This document shows, one piece after another, positions 1 to 12,400 of a stretch of DNA of 64,000 nt. Numbering within the stretch: position 1 is the stretch's first letter; every line of letters starts with the position of its first letter. Made by a program: the position numbers and the translations under genes. The notes below the pieces were generated by a model. The model saw only the letters and a list, made by a program, of their open reading frames with translations, did no database searches and was not told the origin of the DNA. The stretch is from positions 1 to 64,000 of the forward strand of contig CAXNAD020000003.1 in NCBI GenBank assembly GCA_964200185.2, in the 5' to 3' direction. The stretch is from Choristocarpus tenellus KU-1152 (lineage: Eukaryota; Protista; Phaeophyceae).

Positions 1-12
1 AAAAAGTAAAAG

Positions 13-180
13 TGGAGGGGGGGGGGGGGGGGGGGTCTACACCAGAGTGTCCATTTAAAACAAACCAGGAAAAGTGCACTTTCATTATCCATATGGAACC
101 AAATCACCCAAAAATCACAACATGAAAAAATTGACCCCAAATGGAGAGTTGCCACACACCCCAGATACTTTGACCCCAAA
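13..180 (+). repeat. Dispersed repeat, copy 1 (probable transposon terminus)
   Basis: Aligns by eye with 38836-39000: GGTCTACACCAG.GTGTC...AAGTG.ACTT.CATTATCC...GAACCAAAT(T)CACCCAAAAATC.CAACATG...TGACCCCAAATG...CCCCAGATA. Confidence 0.8.
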
Positions 181-1251
181 ACTGGAAACACAAAAAACCC
201 TTCTGTTCCCGCAATAGAGAGATTCAGCAGGCAAGGAACAGGATGAGGCTATAATTGTTGTGTAGCACAATGAAGGTTAAAAAACCTTGCAAGGATTGGT
301 GTCCTTGGGTGATATGAAGCGCTATTTGCGAGTGTAGCATACAATATAGATGCATGTTTACATTGGCCCTTTTAAAAGGGGGGGGTAGAGTCCAGTTCAC
401 TCCCAAAACCACATGACGGTGACCCGTGTGACCTGTCTTTGCAGTCTACTTTAGCAAACCGTGAAACCCACCTGCAAAGGTTGGACAGGGATCGGGTAAT
501 GCCTAGATATTGAACAGAGACCATTGACCTAATTTTATCACCACTAGTTAATTTCGACGACATAATATCCTGCAGTCTTTCAATCCAGACAGGATAGAAT
601 GTGTTCATCATCCCTCTCTTCCTATCTACTGCGTGATTAATTTGCCTAGGCAACATACATTTTGTGTATACAACGTAGCGATCTCCCGAAGCTCAACTAG
701 CAACAAACACAACTAATTATACATCAAAAACAGTTATTCACCATAGGGGCTCTTCATTGTTTCCTACTACACTATAATAGAATAATACGACCAACAGTGG
801 ACGAGGCAGTGGTAACTACAACACTTTCCTTCGATTGGTTCTATAGTAAACAGTACAAGCTGATGGCAGTGCTCTACGGCATCTGAAGATGACCTGCTAA
901 TGTACTTCAAGAACGCTCTTAAGCATGGGAACATCATTATAGCCTCGTGGATGTTTACAACTCATACCAGGAGAAACATGGAGATGGTATTATGCATGTT
1001 TGCATTCAACAGCAACATGGAACTATTGACCTCAATACATTACCTCCATCACAGCATCAAATGCCAGTCCTTCTAGACACTAAGAGTAATACATTGGTAA
1101 AACCATTGTGTTTGTGTGATGGTTACTCCTATCAATAAATAGTATGTCTACACCATTGAGAATGGCAATAAGAGCTACAGAATGCACAGGGGTACCATGG
1201 ATCCATGTAACTGGAGCAAGACATGGTGGCATGGTATCACATTGTCCGCAC

Positions 1252-3055
1252 CTGAGGAAAACACCCGGGTAGGTCCTCATCATTGATGCTGGTGTTGATC
1301 ACCTTGGCTTGGGAAAAGTTATCATCAGAAAGGCTATACTTCATTAGTGCTTCTGAAAGGCGATTTGCAAGTTCAGCTTTGTTCCCCTTTGAGTCAAGAC
1401 CACGGCCACTGAGCTGTTCCCTCAGCTCAGTCACCTGCGGCATGTGACATGGGACAATGAGCACGAGATGGAATTCTTAGTCAGAAAACATTGTTGACTG
1501 CAATTGTAGTTTGGCAAGGTATTGACGGTATCTCCCATCTCTTGGCATGGTGAGACACTTACAATTCTCCATACTCCAGTAGTTTTGATGTATGCCAGTA
1601 TGGACAATTGGGTGCATTTTCCCATCATAAGCATGCCCAGGAATGTCATCAATGAAAGGTTTTCATTGCACTTTCTAACATCAAACAATAGTTGCCATGT
1701 GGACAACAACTACCCAGTCTCTCCTCGTGTATGCCTCTGGAAGTACACATGTAAAGGTGATACAACGCCTGATATGCAACGGCTAGACTTTACCGAGTAC
1801 AACAAAGACATGTCAAATGCGATAATTTAGCATACAGTCATCATCAGCAATCCACTTGGCACACAAGTACTTAGACAACATGAGCGAGGGAACAAGGAAA
1901 CCTGTCCTTGGGCTTACCTTCATGTCCTTGATCTTTTCAACCTCTGAGAGTGGGTCTGTATTATTTTCCCACCAGGCCTTGAATTCCCCTTCTGTATCAA
2001 GTCCCTTGTCCTGCATGGAACAAATCAAGATAAATAAACAAAAGATGACAACAAATACAGGGGCGGGACTTGGGTCCTGCGCCACCACTAAGAGCAGGCA
2101 GACTACCTCTATTTGCACAGCTCGAAGGTGCAGATAAGATTGGAAAGTGGAAGATGCTATGTTATGAGCTGCGTGAAATCAGATCACGAGACATGTTGGG
2201 AATCGAAGGCACGGGCAACCACACTGAGGTAAACATAAAGATGTCAAGGCTTCTGCTTGACATTAACATACGGATACCTGGTATCACATGGTGTCATTCG
2301 AGCCAGGATATTTCTCCAACCTATCCACTTGACATTACTGCACAGTTGCTTTAAATCACGTCTCCTACTCTATCAGCACGACGCGGGCAGCTACTAGGTA
2401 GTGATCCAACTCATCTCACCTGCACCTCCTTAATGTACCACGGAATCACGTCGTTCCCCATGTACATGCCTACGCGAGGCTTTCCTTTCCCCCCCCGTCT
2501 TCCACCCTTTCCTCTTCCTCCGTTCCTCCCTTTGCCCCTGCCCCCACCTACGTTCTCTATGTTGGGGATTTGCCACCCAGATATTGTTGCGTCTTTTATA
2601 TGCATGTCTCCCTCGTCAGACGCCGAGGTCCGGCCACTGGTGGACTTACGCTCATCGCCCCTACCACCTCTCCCTTTCCTACTCCCTCCTCGTCCCTCAT
2701 GTCCCCTTCCTCCACCACGGCTGACCGCACGTCGTGTTGGTATGTCGTCCATAGTAAAGGGTTTGCGCACCTCTAAAGGGACCTCTGATCGCACTTTATC
2801 GGGATAAAAGCCGTCGTCATCTTCGATGACAACTGGGCGTTTTCGTACCATTTTTGTGACTTGATGCGATTTGTAGGACGCTCTTCTAGAGGTCCTAGGC
2901 CTGGTAGAAGCATGATACACTATCACACGACCATTGCATGATGCAGATGAAACGAAAGAACTCCACGGTCTACTTTGTGCCTGTCCAGTCTGCTGGAGAG
3001 CCAAGCCCAAGCTCAGCAGCACAATTCCGATCACGGAAGTCAATAATGAGTACAT
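1252..3055 (-). CDS. Probable plastid-targeted RGG-rich, SAP-domain protein (3' end unresolved; continues below 1252)
   Basis: Exons 3055-2420, 2010-1918 and 1434-1252 are joined by phase-0 GT-AG introns. The exon 2/3 junction rebuilds a SAP motif (KIKDMK|VTELREQLSGRGLDSKGNKAELANRLSEAL). Exon 1 has a hydrophobic signal peptide, 'WSSFVSS' and RGG/GRG repeats. A GT donor follows 1252, but the next exon was not identified. Confidence 0.75.
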
Positions 3056-3436
3056 GGGCTTGTGCGTTTGCTCAGCATGGGCGCTGGATTGGGGTATCGG
3101 TCTCGTCTATACTAACCACAATAACCAGTATTGGTAGTAGTTGGTGAAGGTATGATAGATATGTAAATAATTCTTGCCGTCCAAGGTGTATAAAATACTT
3201 GTGTACATCTGAGCCAAGAAGAGAGGTCTTCTACATACGTGAATTAGTTGCCGTTTCTCTAGGCTCACCCCCATTCATCCTTAAGTCCTGCTTGTGTAGT
3301 CGCAAATATTGAGAGACTTCCTCCTTGTCTGGAGAATTGTTCAATTAGAGAGTTGATACAGGAGGTTGTAAGGAGTGAAGGGTGACTGTAGAGGGACGAC
3401 GGCTTGGTGTAGTACGGACCAGAGATCAGCAAATAG
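3056..3436. promoter_or_regulatory. Putative bidirectional promoter / 5' UTRs (SAP protein <- -> leuA)
   Basis: 381 bp between divergent start codons, in CpG-rich surroundings. Confidence 0.6.
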
Positions 3437-6400
3437 ATGATGAAAGGAGCTGGGAGCGCGAAATGCTGTGGTTGTATCGTGTTGGCGGCTGCAGCTGCAG
3501 TCACTGTTGGGGCCTACAGTCCAGAAGTGAGTGTCAACAGTACCCTCCCTCTGCGAACCATGTTGCGCAGATCTCTCTTTTTCTTCAAGTCAATATTTTC
3601 TGCACCCCATCCAAACCATGGACGTTCCCACAGCACACCAAAACTCTACTTCATCCTTCACTACCATCTGGTTGTTTGCCAGTATCTCGCGTCCACTTTG
3701 ATTTCTGACGGATCCCTCGCGCTACGTACAGGTTGCCTTTGTAGGACCAGTTCCGATCACCTCATCCAGGGCTGAAACATCACTGGGTCATGTTCAGCGG
3801 TGCTGGACTCCTCGATGTGCTCATCGCCCAGTTCAAGCCCCACGGATGGTAACTATGGAGCCCGGGACTTCAACTTCGACAGGAGTATCTGGAGGAGGAG
3901 ATACTCTGAGAATCATCAACACCAAGCCCAGCCGACATGATACGGGTAAGTAAGCTCATACTGCGCCAAGCAACTTTGTTTCCTCAACATAATTTGGCTT
4001 CCCAGCTATATACTACTCACCACAGGCCACGAATATGCCGCCAATATAGTGGAGGTCCTATTGGTGACCATGCTTACCACTCCGTAGCGAAATGGGTTTA
4101 CTGCCCTTGCCGAGGATACAACCTATCCCCCTATCCGAAACCCCTTTTCTCGCGCTGAGAGTGATCCAACTGATGAGTACTGAACATAGAATTACTGTTG
4201 ATGAATGCCACCACTTGAAATGACCAATATACTCCAATCAAGTAGTACTGCACCCACCACGTATTCAATTTCGTGCACGATTTCACACATGCATACCCAT
4301 TTCCTGACAGAGATAAGTACACAAACATTCTTTCGATTGTTGTTACTGACCTCAATGACCTTTGAGTTGTACTTGCCGACATTACTCATGTTCAAAAGAA
4401 ACTGGACGTGACCCTACGAGGGTGAAGGTCTTCGACACCACTCTCAGGGATGGAGAGCAATCCCCTGGGTGCACCATGACTCGCGAGGAAAAGCTGATGG
4501 TGAGTAGATGTGTACATTGTACTGTTGGTAATCTTTATGGTCCATGTAAAGACGCCCTATGGAAAGCATTGGTGCTTTTTTTCAAGGCAACTTTGATGAT
4601 GCCTTGGAAGTATGTGGTTCATTGGGAGTGGCATTGCCCCACAAGGTGTGCCCAATTAAGGCTGTACCAAAGATGTAACAGGGTTGCATTCTATGCTGTT
4701 TTTAACTTATGTCATATGAATAATTTTGCCAAACCCTAAGAGGTTGACTATGAAGTACATCAATACCTGACTGCATGTATCATACTCCATCTCAAGAGTT
4801 GGCATCAAGCTATCGAATACCCACATGCTGTGAGTGTTTACACATCCTGCAATTGCAAACATAATACATGTGCAAAAGACAGGTGCGGCCAATCGAGGAG
4901 GACATATGGTAGTGTCTTGGAGGACATGAACACGAGAAAATTATTCCCAGCATGATGAGCAATACCACGATGAGCAATACCTAAAATGTTATTCCATACC
5001 AAAGTGAACAAAAACGCCTTTTCTTGCCACCTGCCTAAAATGTTCATATGGATAATGCCCTCTATTTATTGACCTTAAGTTGCCTTGATTTTTGACACCC
5101 TACGTTACTGCTACTTCATGCAGGTGGCCCGTCAGCTGGCCAGGCTTGGGGTGGACGTTATTGAGGCTGGCTTTCCCATTGCATCACCGGGGGACTTTGA
5201 GGTACAGTCGTTGATGTATTGATGTATTGATGTATTCATTAGTAAGAAATCTAGTGACATTGAGATATTTGATACTATTTTGGTACTTTAATATCATCGT
5301 GTCTCCATGAGAACGATGATATTAACAAGGATTGGGTGTAGTGCCTCTTGTGTGCAGTAGAGTGTATTTTGTGTGTCCTGGTATCACTAAACTTTAGAAG
5401 GTGTCCTTGCACATCTTACTCCTTTTTTGTAGTGGTTCAGAGTGGATGATAGTGCTCATGTACTTGTGTTTTTGTTATTTATTGCTATTGGCATCTGAAG
5501 CGTTCTTCCTCCTGCCTTTCAGTGTGTTATGCATCATAGCACTCATGTATTGTTGTAATAATTTTTATTGAGAGGAGAGCTGTGGATGCCCCGTTGGGGG
5601 AAGAAAAGACCCTGGCTGGGGATACCATATGAGAGAATCATCTATACAGACATCAACTGCAACTGCCGCCACGAGTAGTTCGATGATGGGAATGGACACA
5701 TTGGTGGGAACCTTAGCAATTCAATCTGCTTGATTGAAAGATTTGAGCGATAACTGCCTAATGAATTGAAAAGGTCCCATTAATAGTTCCTTATTTAGGA
5801 CAAATCACAGCTCCTACCACCTCTATTGTTTATAATAATAGTAGTAATAATAATAATATTATATCTGCTGCTATCATAGCATATGATTATTGATTATTGA
5901 ATATGATGACATTGGGGGTGGAGTACGGATTTGGTAATCTTCTGCATGCTATTCTGTCTCTCATGAGGAAAACAAGTGATTTTTACACCCCACCATGAGA
6001 AGGAGGAGGGTCGAAAGGTGGGTAGGGGAATACCATAGTCAAGAAACCCTTTGGGTGGAGAGGTTTCATTTGTCTCTCCTTCAGGGTATACCTTCATGGT
6101 GTACAACGGAGGGAAGAAACCTTCATGTGCCTTACTTCTCACTCTTGGTGGGCAATTTGGAACTATGAAACACCAAACATTATTGTGGGAGGTTGAAGAG
6201 CAACAGCAATCAACAGCAATCCCTTGGAAACACCTTCAGAAGTCCAAAACTTGGCACAGGGAAGCTTTTTTTGAGTTGGGCAGGTGATGATTGACTCCAA
6301 CAACTGGTTTGGTACATGGCTAGGTGTTGTTGTCTGCTATCTAGGGTGAAGATTCATGCAGGCCACCGCAAGGATGGTTGGTGTGAAGCAGGTATACTAC

Positions 6401-9400
6401 TGGGTATCAATATGTGTTTGGACATAGTATTATTACTCAAATCCAAGTGCACAACACAATATGTGTTTGGACATAGTATTATTACTCAAATCAATTATTA
6501 ATCAAATCAATTATTAATCAAATCAATTATTACTCAAATCAATTATTAATCAAATCAATTATTACTCAAATCAATTATTACTCAAATCACAATATGTGCC
6601 AAACACTCGATGTGTCAAGCACTATTCGCCCAGTAGTGCCCATACTGAGTGAGGGGAACCCCTACAGAAGAGGAAAAAGGACTTGGCCATTATTAGAGTT
6701 TCCCTTGGGATGCTTGTGTATGTACATGCAAATGTATGTGTGTATGTATGGGGACTTCAAGCGTTGTTATTACTGACAGTGGGATGGAGTAATGGGCCGA
6801 CAGAGAGCCCATCGATGAGGGAGCACTTCAGGGTGTTGAGGCATTCTGGAAGGCTATGGGGTTCACAATGACTGATGCAGAGAGTGTCCATTACATTGGC
6901 AGGAGGAGGTTTTACCAGAAAAAAAAGGACTTCTTCAAAATTCCTGTGCCTAGCCAGTGTTGTCTTGTGTGTTTTGGACATTTCTTTCATGTAGGCAGAC
7001 TCATAGCCCCATGTTGTCAACATCTGGTACTGTATTTACTCCTACACATGGAACAGGCTGGTCTCTCATAATGTGGAGCTTGTGTTTGAAAGCTATATTT
7101 ATCTGATGGTTAGGTTAGGGTTAGGGTTAGGGTTAGGGTTAGGGTTAGGGTTAGGGTTAGGGTTAGGGTTTGCAACAGGTTGTTGCTAAGAATGGCAAAC
7201 ATGTGATAGCCTTCTTTGGACCAGCTTGGCATGAAGTGTTTAATGATTATATAGTTCTCCCCTTGACATCTCATCAACTAACTTTTCTTCAGCCTTGTGA
7301 GTGAAACATGAGTGGAAAGTCGCTCTAGTATGTCCAGTATGGTGGTCTACCCTTTGTCAAAATAGTGTATGTCAAAATAGTATATGTCAAAATAGTGTAT
7401 GTCAAAATAGTATATGAAAAATGGAAGCATCTCGGATACAATTTCACACAAGCAGGGCCTCTCTCCAGCTGGGGTGCCTTTCAGCCTTGCAGAGCTGCCT
7501 GCCTGATTCAAACAAAATGCATTTGATAGTTTGTCAGCCAATTTGATTTGACTTTGAATTATACTCACCAAAACTTGCATTAAACTTCTCTGATCAGAAA
7601 AAGGTCTGCATTATTAGAATAGTTGGAGGGGTAGTGATATTGGTGATGGCTGCCGTATGAGCCTTCTGTGAGTGTGTTATCATTGTTACTGTTGAGTTAA
7701 AGTATCTTAGAGGGTAGAGCTGCGTCCATTTGGGAGTCAATTCCAATGTTGTGATTTTGATGTGATTTTTGCTATCATGTTTGTTACGCAGTGTCAATAT
7801 CCTTGTTCCGGACACATCTTCTTAAACCGTATACATTCTACCTACTACAAACCCTAACCCTAACCAAAACATTTCGGGAGTAGGTAAAATGTTATAAAAA
7901 CCCGTGGGAATCCAAGCCCCAAACGGACAAACAGGGCAAAACTTGTACCCTAACCCTAAGATACTTTCACTCAGTTATTATTATTATTATTGTTGTCATT
8001 GTTATTATCATTATTATCACTATTGTCAATGTTGCCATTGTTATTGTTATCATTATTGTCAATATTATCATTGGTATAATTATTATTATCAATGTTATCA
8101 TTGTTATTGTTATAATTACTATCATTATTGTCATTGTCACTATTTTCAATGTTGCCATTGTTATCAATATTGTCATTGTTACAATTATTATCATTGATAT
8201 CACTATTAGGCAGACAGTCAGAACAGTAGGATAAGACTAGGTAAGTGTGAAGGGGGAAGAGGATAAGGGTGCACTGGACTGGAGTGTAATCGATTGGTTG
8301 ATAAGAAATCTCCTTGTTTATATTGTGCACTGTGTATTCTATGCACAGTATAAATAGTGCTTGATGTTGATTATTGGTCGGTTGGGAAATTATATTAGAA
8401 ATGAAAAGCAAAAAGAATATTTAACACATCCTGACATACTATACTATTATTTTTATAAGCCTATAAGACACTTGATAAGGGGTGTCCTATTTTGTTCTGG
8501 TTTCACATTTATCCCTAACACCATACCTATGGTACTCTTAACCCAATTTCAATGCTCTTCACCTCTCTACCTACTAATACTGGTAGAGGTAATGTCGTGG
8601 ACATGGTATGGACAGATACTGCACAGCCCTTGAAGATTGTAGAATGTAAATCTAAATAATTGTATGATACCTTTTCTCTATTGGTGTCTATGTTGGTGTC
8701 TTTGGTTGATGTTGATGTTGATGCTACCTAGTGTTTCCTCGATGCTGCTTCTGTTTGCACAATGGTGTAATCAAGGCTGTCAAGGAGATCGCTCAGACTG
8801 TGGGCAACTGGGAAAACCCACCGATTATTTGTGGGCTGGCAAGGGCCCTAAAGAAGGACATTGATGTGAGTAATGGATGAATCGATGCAAGTTTGTTAGT
8901 TTTAAACTATGATTGCTGCAAAATGCTGCAGTCTGATTGTCTCAATTAATCTTCATTTTTTTGTTGATGATGTTGCTGCAATTGCTCTTTGTACTTTATT
9001 ATCAGAATTTAATATATTTCTATTATTAGTAGTGGGGCTGATCTTCATACCATAATATGTGTAGTGCTTGTGTTTTGAGTTTTGTGTTTGGTTCTTTTTG
9101 GTTCTTTTTGCTTCTTTTGCTGACTCTCACAACACCTACAACATGCCAATAATATGTAGTGTTCATTGTATGGTATCCATAGGTAATATATCACTGGGTG
9201 TTTCCACTGATATTGATAATGGCAGGATTGATACTATCTTTACTACCAACATGTCAATTATATATAAATTATGCCAATTATATACCAATTTAAAATTGTG
9301 TCAAATCTATACAAATTATGTTGGGATTGCTGTTCTTGTGTGAAGCATGTGTGAAGCATGTGTGAAGCATGTGTGAAGCATGTGTGAAGCATGTGCTGAG

Positions 9401-12400
9401 AGGGTTGAGAAGAAGGAAAAGACTTCAAGCAGTACAAATTTGCCTCCGCTATGCATGCACTGGTTAGAGATGTACTTGTACACTGGTTAGAGATGTACTT
9501 GTACACTGGTTAGAGATGTACTTGTACACTTGTACAGGCTTGTAACACGCATACACTTTTGACTACCCTTGCTACAATTTGTCTAACTTTGGTTCCCAAA
9601 ATGAGCCACCTTTTCTGAGGTATCCTCTGCTTACACTAGTATAGCATTGATGTATTAAACAATTCTATAGTGTCAAAGTTACATTTCTGTAATTGACACA
9701 AATATATTATGTTAATTAGTATCAGACATGACACGATCATGTGATATATGGCCTCTCACACTTACGCTGATTCATTGTTTTCTTTTTTTAATTAATTTTT
9801 CTTTTTAACAGTCTTGTGCCAAGGCAATTGAGTCAGCCCGCTTCCCACGGATTCACACCTTTATTGCGACATCTGATATACACATGAAGCATAAGCTTAG
9901 AAAAACACGCGAGGAGGTGAGATGAGATGATCAGTGATTGCTTAGTGATTGCTTAGTGATTGCTTAGTGATTGCTTAGTGATTGCTTAGTGATTAATTAG
10001 TGGCCCTTTTTGGCTACACTAGGACTTTCCTTTAAGGAGAATTGTTGCATGCCATGGGAGTAGCAGATGGAAGTGTGTGTAAGAGAGTGTTGACTGTTCT
10101 CTTCAATAGGTTGGGGGTATCTTCATGTTTTGTGGTTTATTAGCAGTGGGGTTATCATCATTGGTTGCCATCATCATCTTCATTAGGGTTAGGGTTAGTA
10201 GTATAGCGTGTAGGTGTGATAATTTCTATCATGGAATAGGAAAAGTTATTTTTTTCTGATTTGTCTTTTGTCAAGGTTGTGTGCTGGTTGGTTGTTGATT
10301 TGGTGAATTTGTTGTGATTTAATGCTACCTATTTGTCACATCACATCAATCAGGTTCTGAAGATCACAAGGGAAATGGTGGAACATGCAAGGTCCTATGT
10401 GGATGATGTAGAGTTTAGTGGAGAGGATGCTCTTCGATCAGACTGGGAATTTCTATCAGAGGTAAGAGGTGACCAAGGTGACCAAGTGATTGAAAAGGGG
10501 GATTGGTCATATCCCTACTAATGTCATGATTTGATGGTATATGTCATGTATTGATGGTTTATGTCATGATTTGATGGTATATGTCATGTATTGATGGTTT
10601 ATGTCATGATTTGATGGTATATGTCATGATTTGATGGTATACGTCATGTATTGATGGTATATGTCATGATTTGATGGTATATGTCATGATTTGATGGTAT
10701 ATGTCATGATTTGATGGTATATGTCATGTGTATGAAGGGAGATTGCAAGGAGTGTTGAAGTTGTGTTGAAGATGTGTTAAATATGTGTTGAAGATGCCTA
10801 TGTAGACTGTTTTTAACGTGATGGGGACAATGGAGATGGTGGAGATGATATTGGTCTTGGTGTATGTTATTGGAGCAGTGATTGAGACCTCTTGATGAGA
10901 GGTCTAGCATTTGAATATTTGCTCTAGTAGCAGTTGCATCACCTTCCATCACCTACAGTGTTGTGGAAGTATGCCTGGCATGAGCAATTAAGAGATTGAT
11001 TGAGAAAGAACAGATGGCAACTTGAGCTATAAGATGAGAAGCCTTGATGTGGGGCTGTACCTGATGGTCTTACATTTTCTAGGTGTACTTTATGCTTGTC
11101 CCCGCTGATAGGTTCTTTGGTCCTTGCTTAGCACCTGAACAATCCATCACTGTATATGCAGTGCTGGACCTATCATTGCACTTTGTGCATGAGGTACAAT
11201 TATGGCTACTTACTGCTATTTCATCCTCTTCTTTTGTTTAATCCTATCCTCACCCCAACCCTTACATGACCCTAACCCCTCACATGGCATGGTATGTCCT
11301 TGAAATTTGTGAGTGACAGATACTTTATTGATAGCTGTCATTCTATTTGTTTGTTTCTTGCCCTAGGTGCATTATATCAGGTAATTATTATCAGTATGTC
11401 ATCATTATATCAGACAATTATTATCAGATTGTCATGATTGGGTATACAATGATTGAATAATTTTATTATTGGGTATACAGGTGTACTCTGTGGCTATTGA
11501 GGCAGGTGCAAACACCATCAATGTTCCTGATACCGTTGGTTACACCACCCCTGCAGAGTTCATGTCATTGATGCACCACCTCAGGAGGACAGTCAGGTAA
11601 GGCCTATCCCCCAAGTAGTGGATGGTTCACTTTTTAATGTGTTGTAGTACAAATGTAGAGATGTGCTTTAAATGTTACAAATATGCTTTAGATGTTGGAA
11701 ATCAGAATACCTGTACCGTTTCTTGTTAATGACTTGTCTGTCTTGTCTGTTACCTGACGATTTTCATGGTACCAGTTAAATTGCATTATATTATTGTAAT
11801 AATAATAATAATAATAGCAATATTATGTTTGAAAGCATTGACTGCTGTGCTTGTAGAGGGATGTGGTATAGTCCTCGTATGATATCATGTAGAGAGTTAT
11901 TTAGTTTACTTTCATAGTTGATAATCATATTTTTGATTTTATGTGTTAATGTTATCATTGTTATGGGTGATCAATGTCTATCCTGAACAGTGTGGTGAGC
12001 AGTCAAAGACTTACGATGTTATCATGTGGTAATGTTATGCTAGGTAGGTGGTGTAGTTACAAGGGTTCAAGTCAATGTTTCCAGACACACTGTATACAGT
12101 TATTGAGTGGTTTTGTTTATTGAGAGTAACATTGAATGACCTATATACAGAGCGAGTAACTTTGGATGACAAAGACAGTTGAGCCCAATTATTATTATTA
12201 TTTTGTTGATTGTAGTTATGTAAATTGAAAAAAGGTGTTTTTTGGTGAGTATTATTAATAATACTTGAATCACTTGAATCAGTTACAATTCTTTTTAATA
12301 CGTTTAGTGATCAATTCAAATTGAATTGTCCACCCAAAGTGCCAAGTGTCCCAGGGTGACTGCGAGCCATGAGGAATTTTTTGTGATTATTTTTTGTTTT

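Noticed and set aside
660-900. Candidate final exons for the SAP gene
   Set aside because: Several AG acceptors give short open frames, and none can be preferred without transcripts.
2433-2807. Pro-rich plus-strand ORF (likewise antisense ORFs at 44222-44656 and 50709-51137)
   Set aside because: Antisense shadows of real minus-strand exons.
3454-3463. E2F-like GCGCGAAA (similar GAGCGCGAA at about 51880)
   Set aside because: Short, one copy lies within coding sequence, and it is absent from the other two promoter pairs; could be chance.
7904-8411. Poly-N/D, poly-Y/C/H and poly-I ORFs
   Set aside because: Translations of a trinucleotide low-complexity tract inside leuA intron 4.
10520-10728. 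Regular repeat resembling a CRISPR array
   Set aside because: Contiguous 20-bp units with no spacers, in a eukaryotic intron: a minisatellite.
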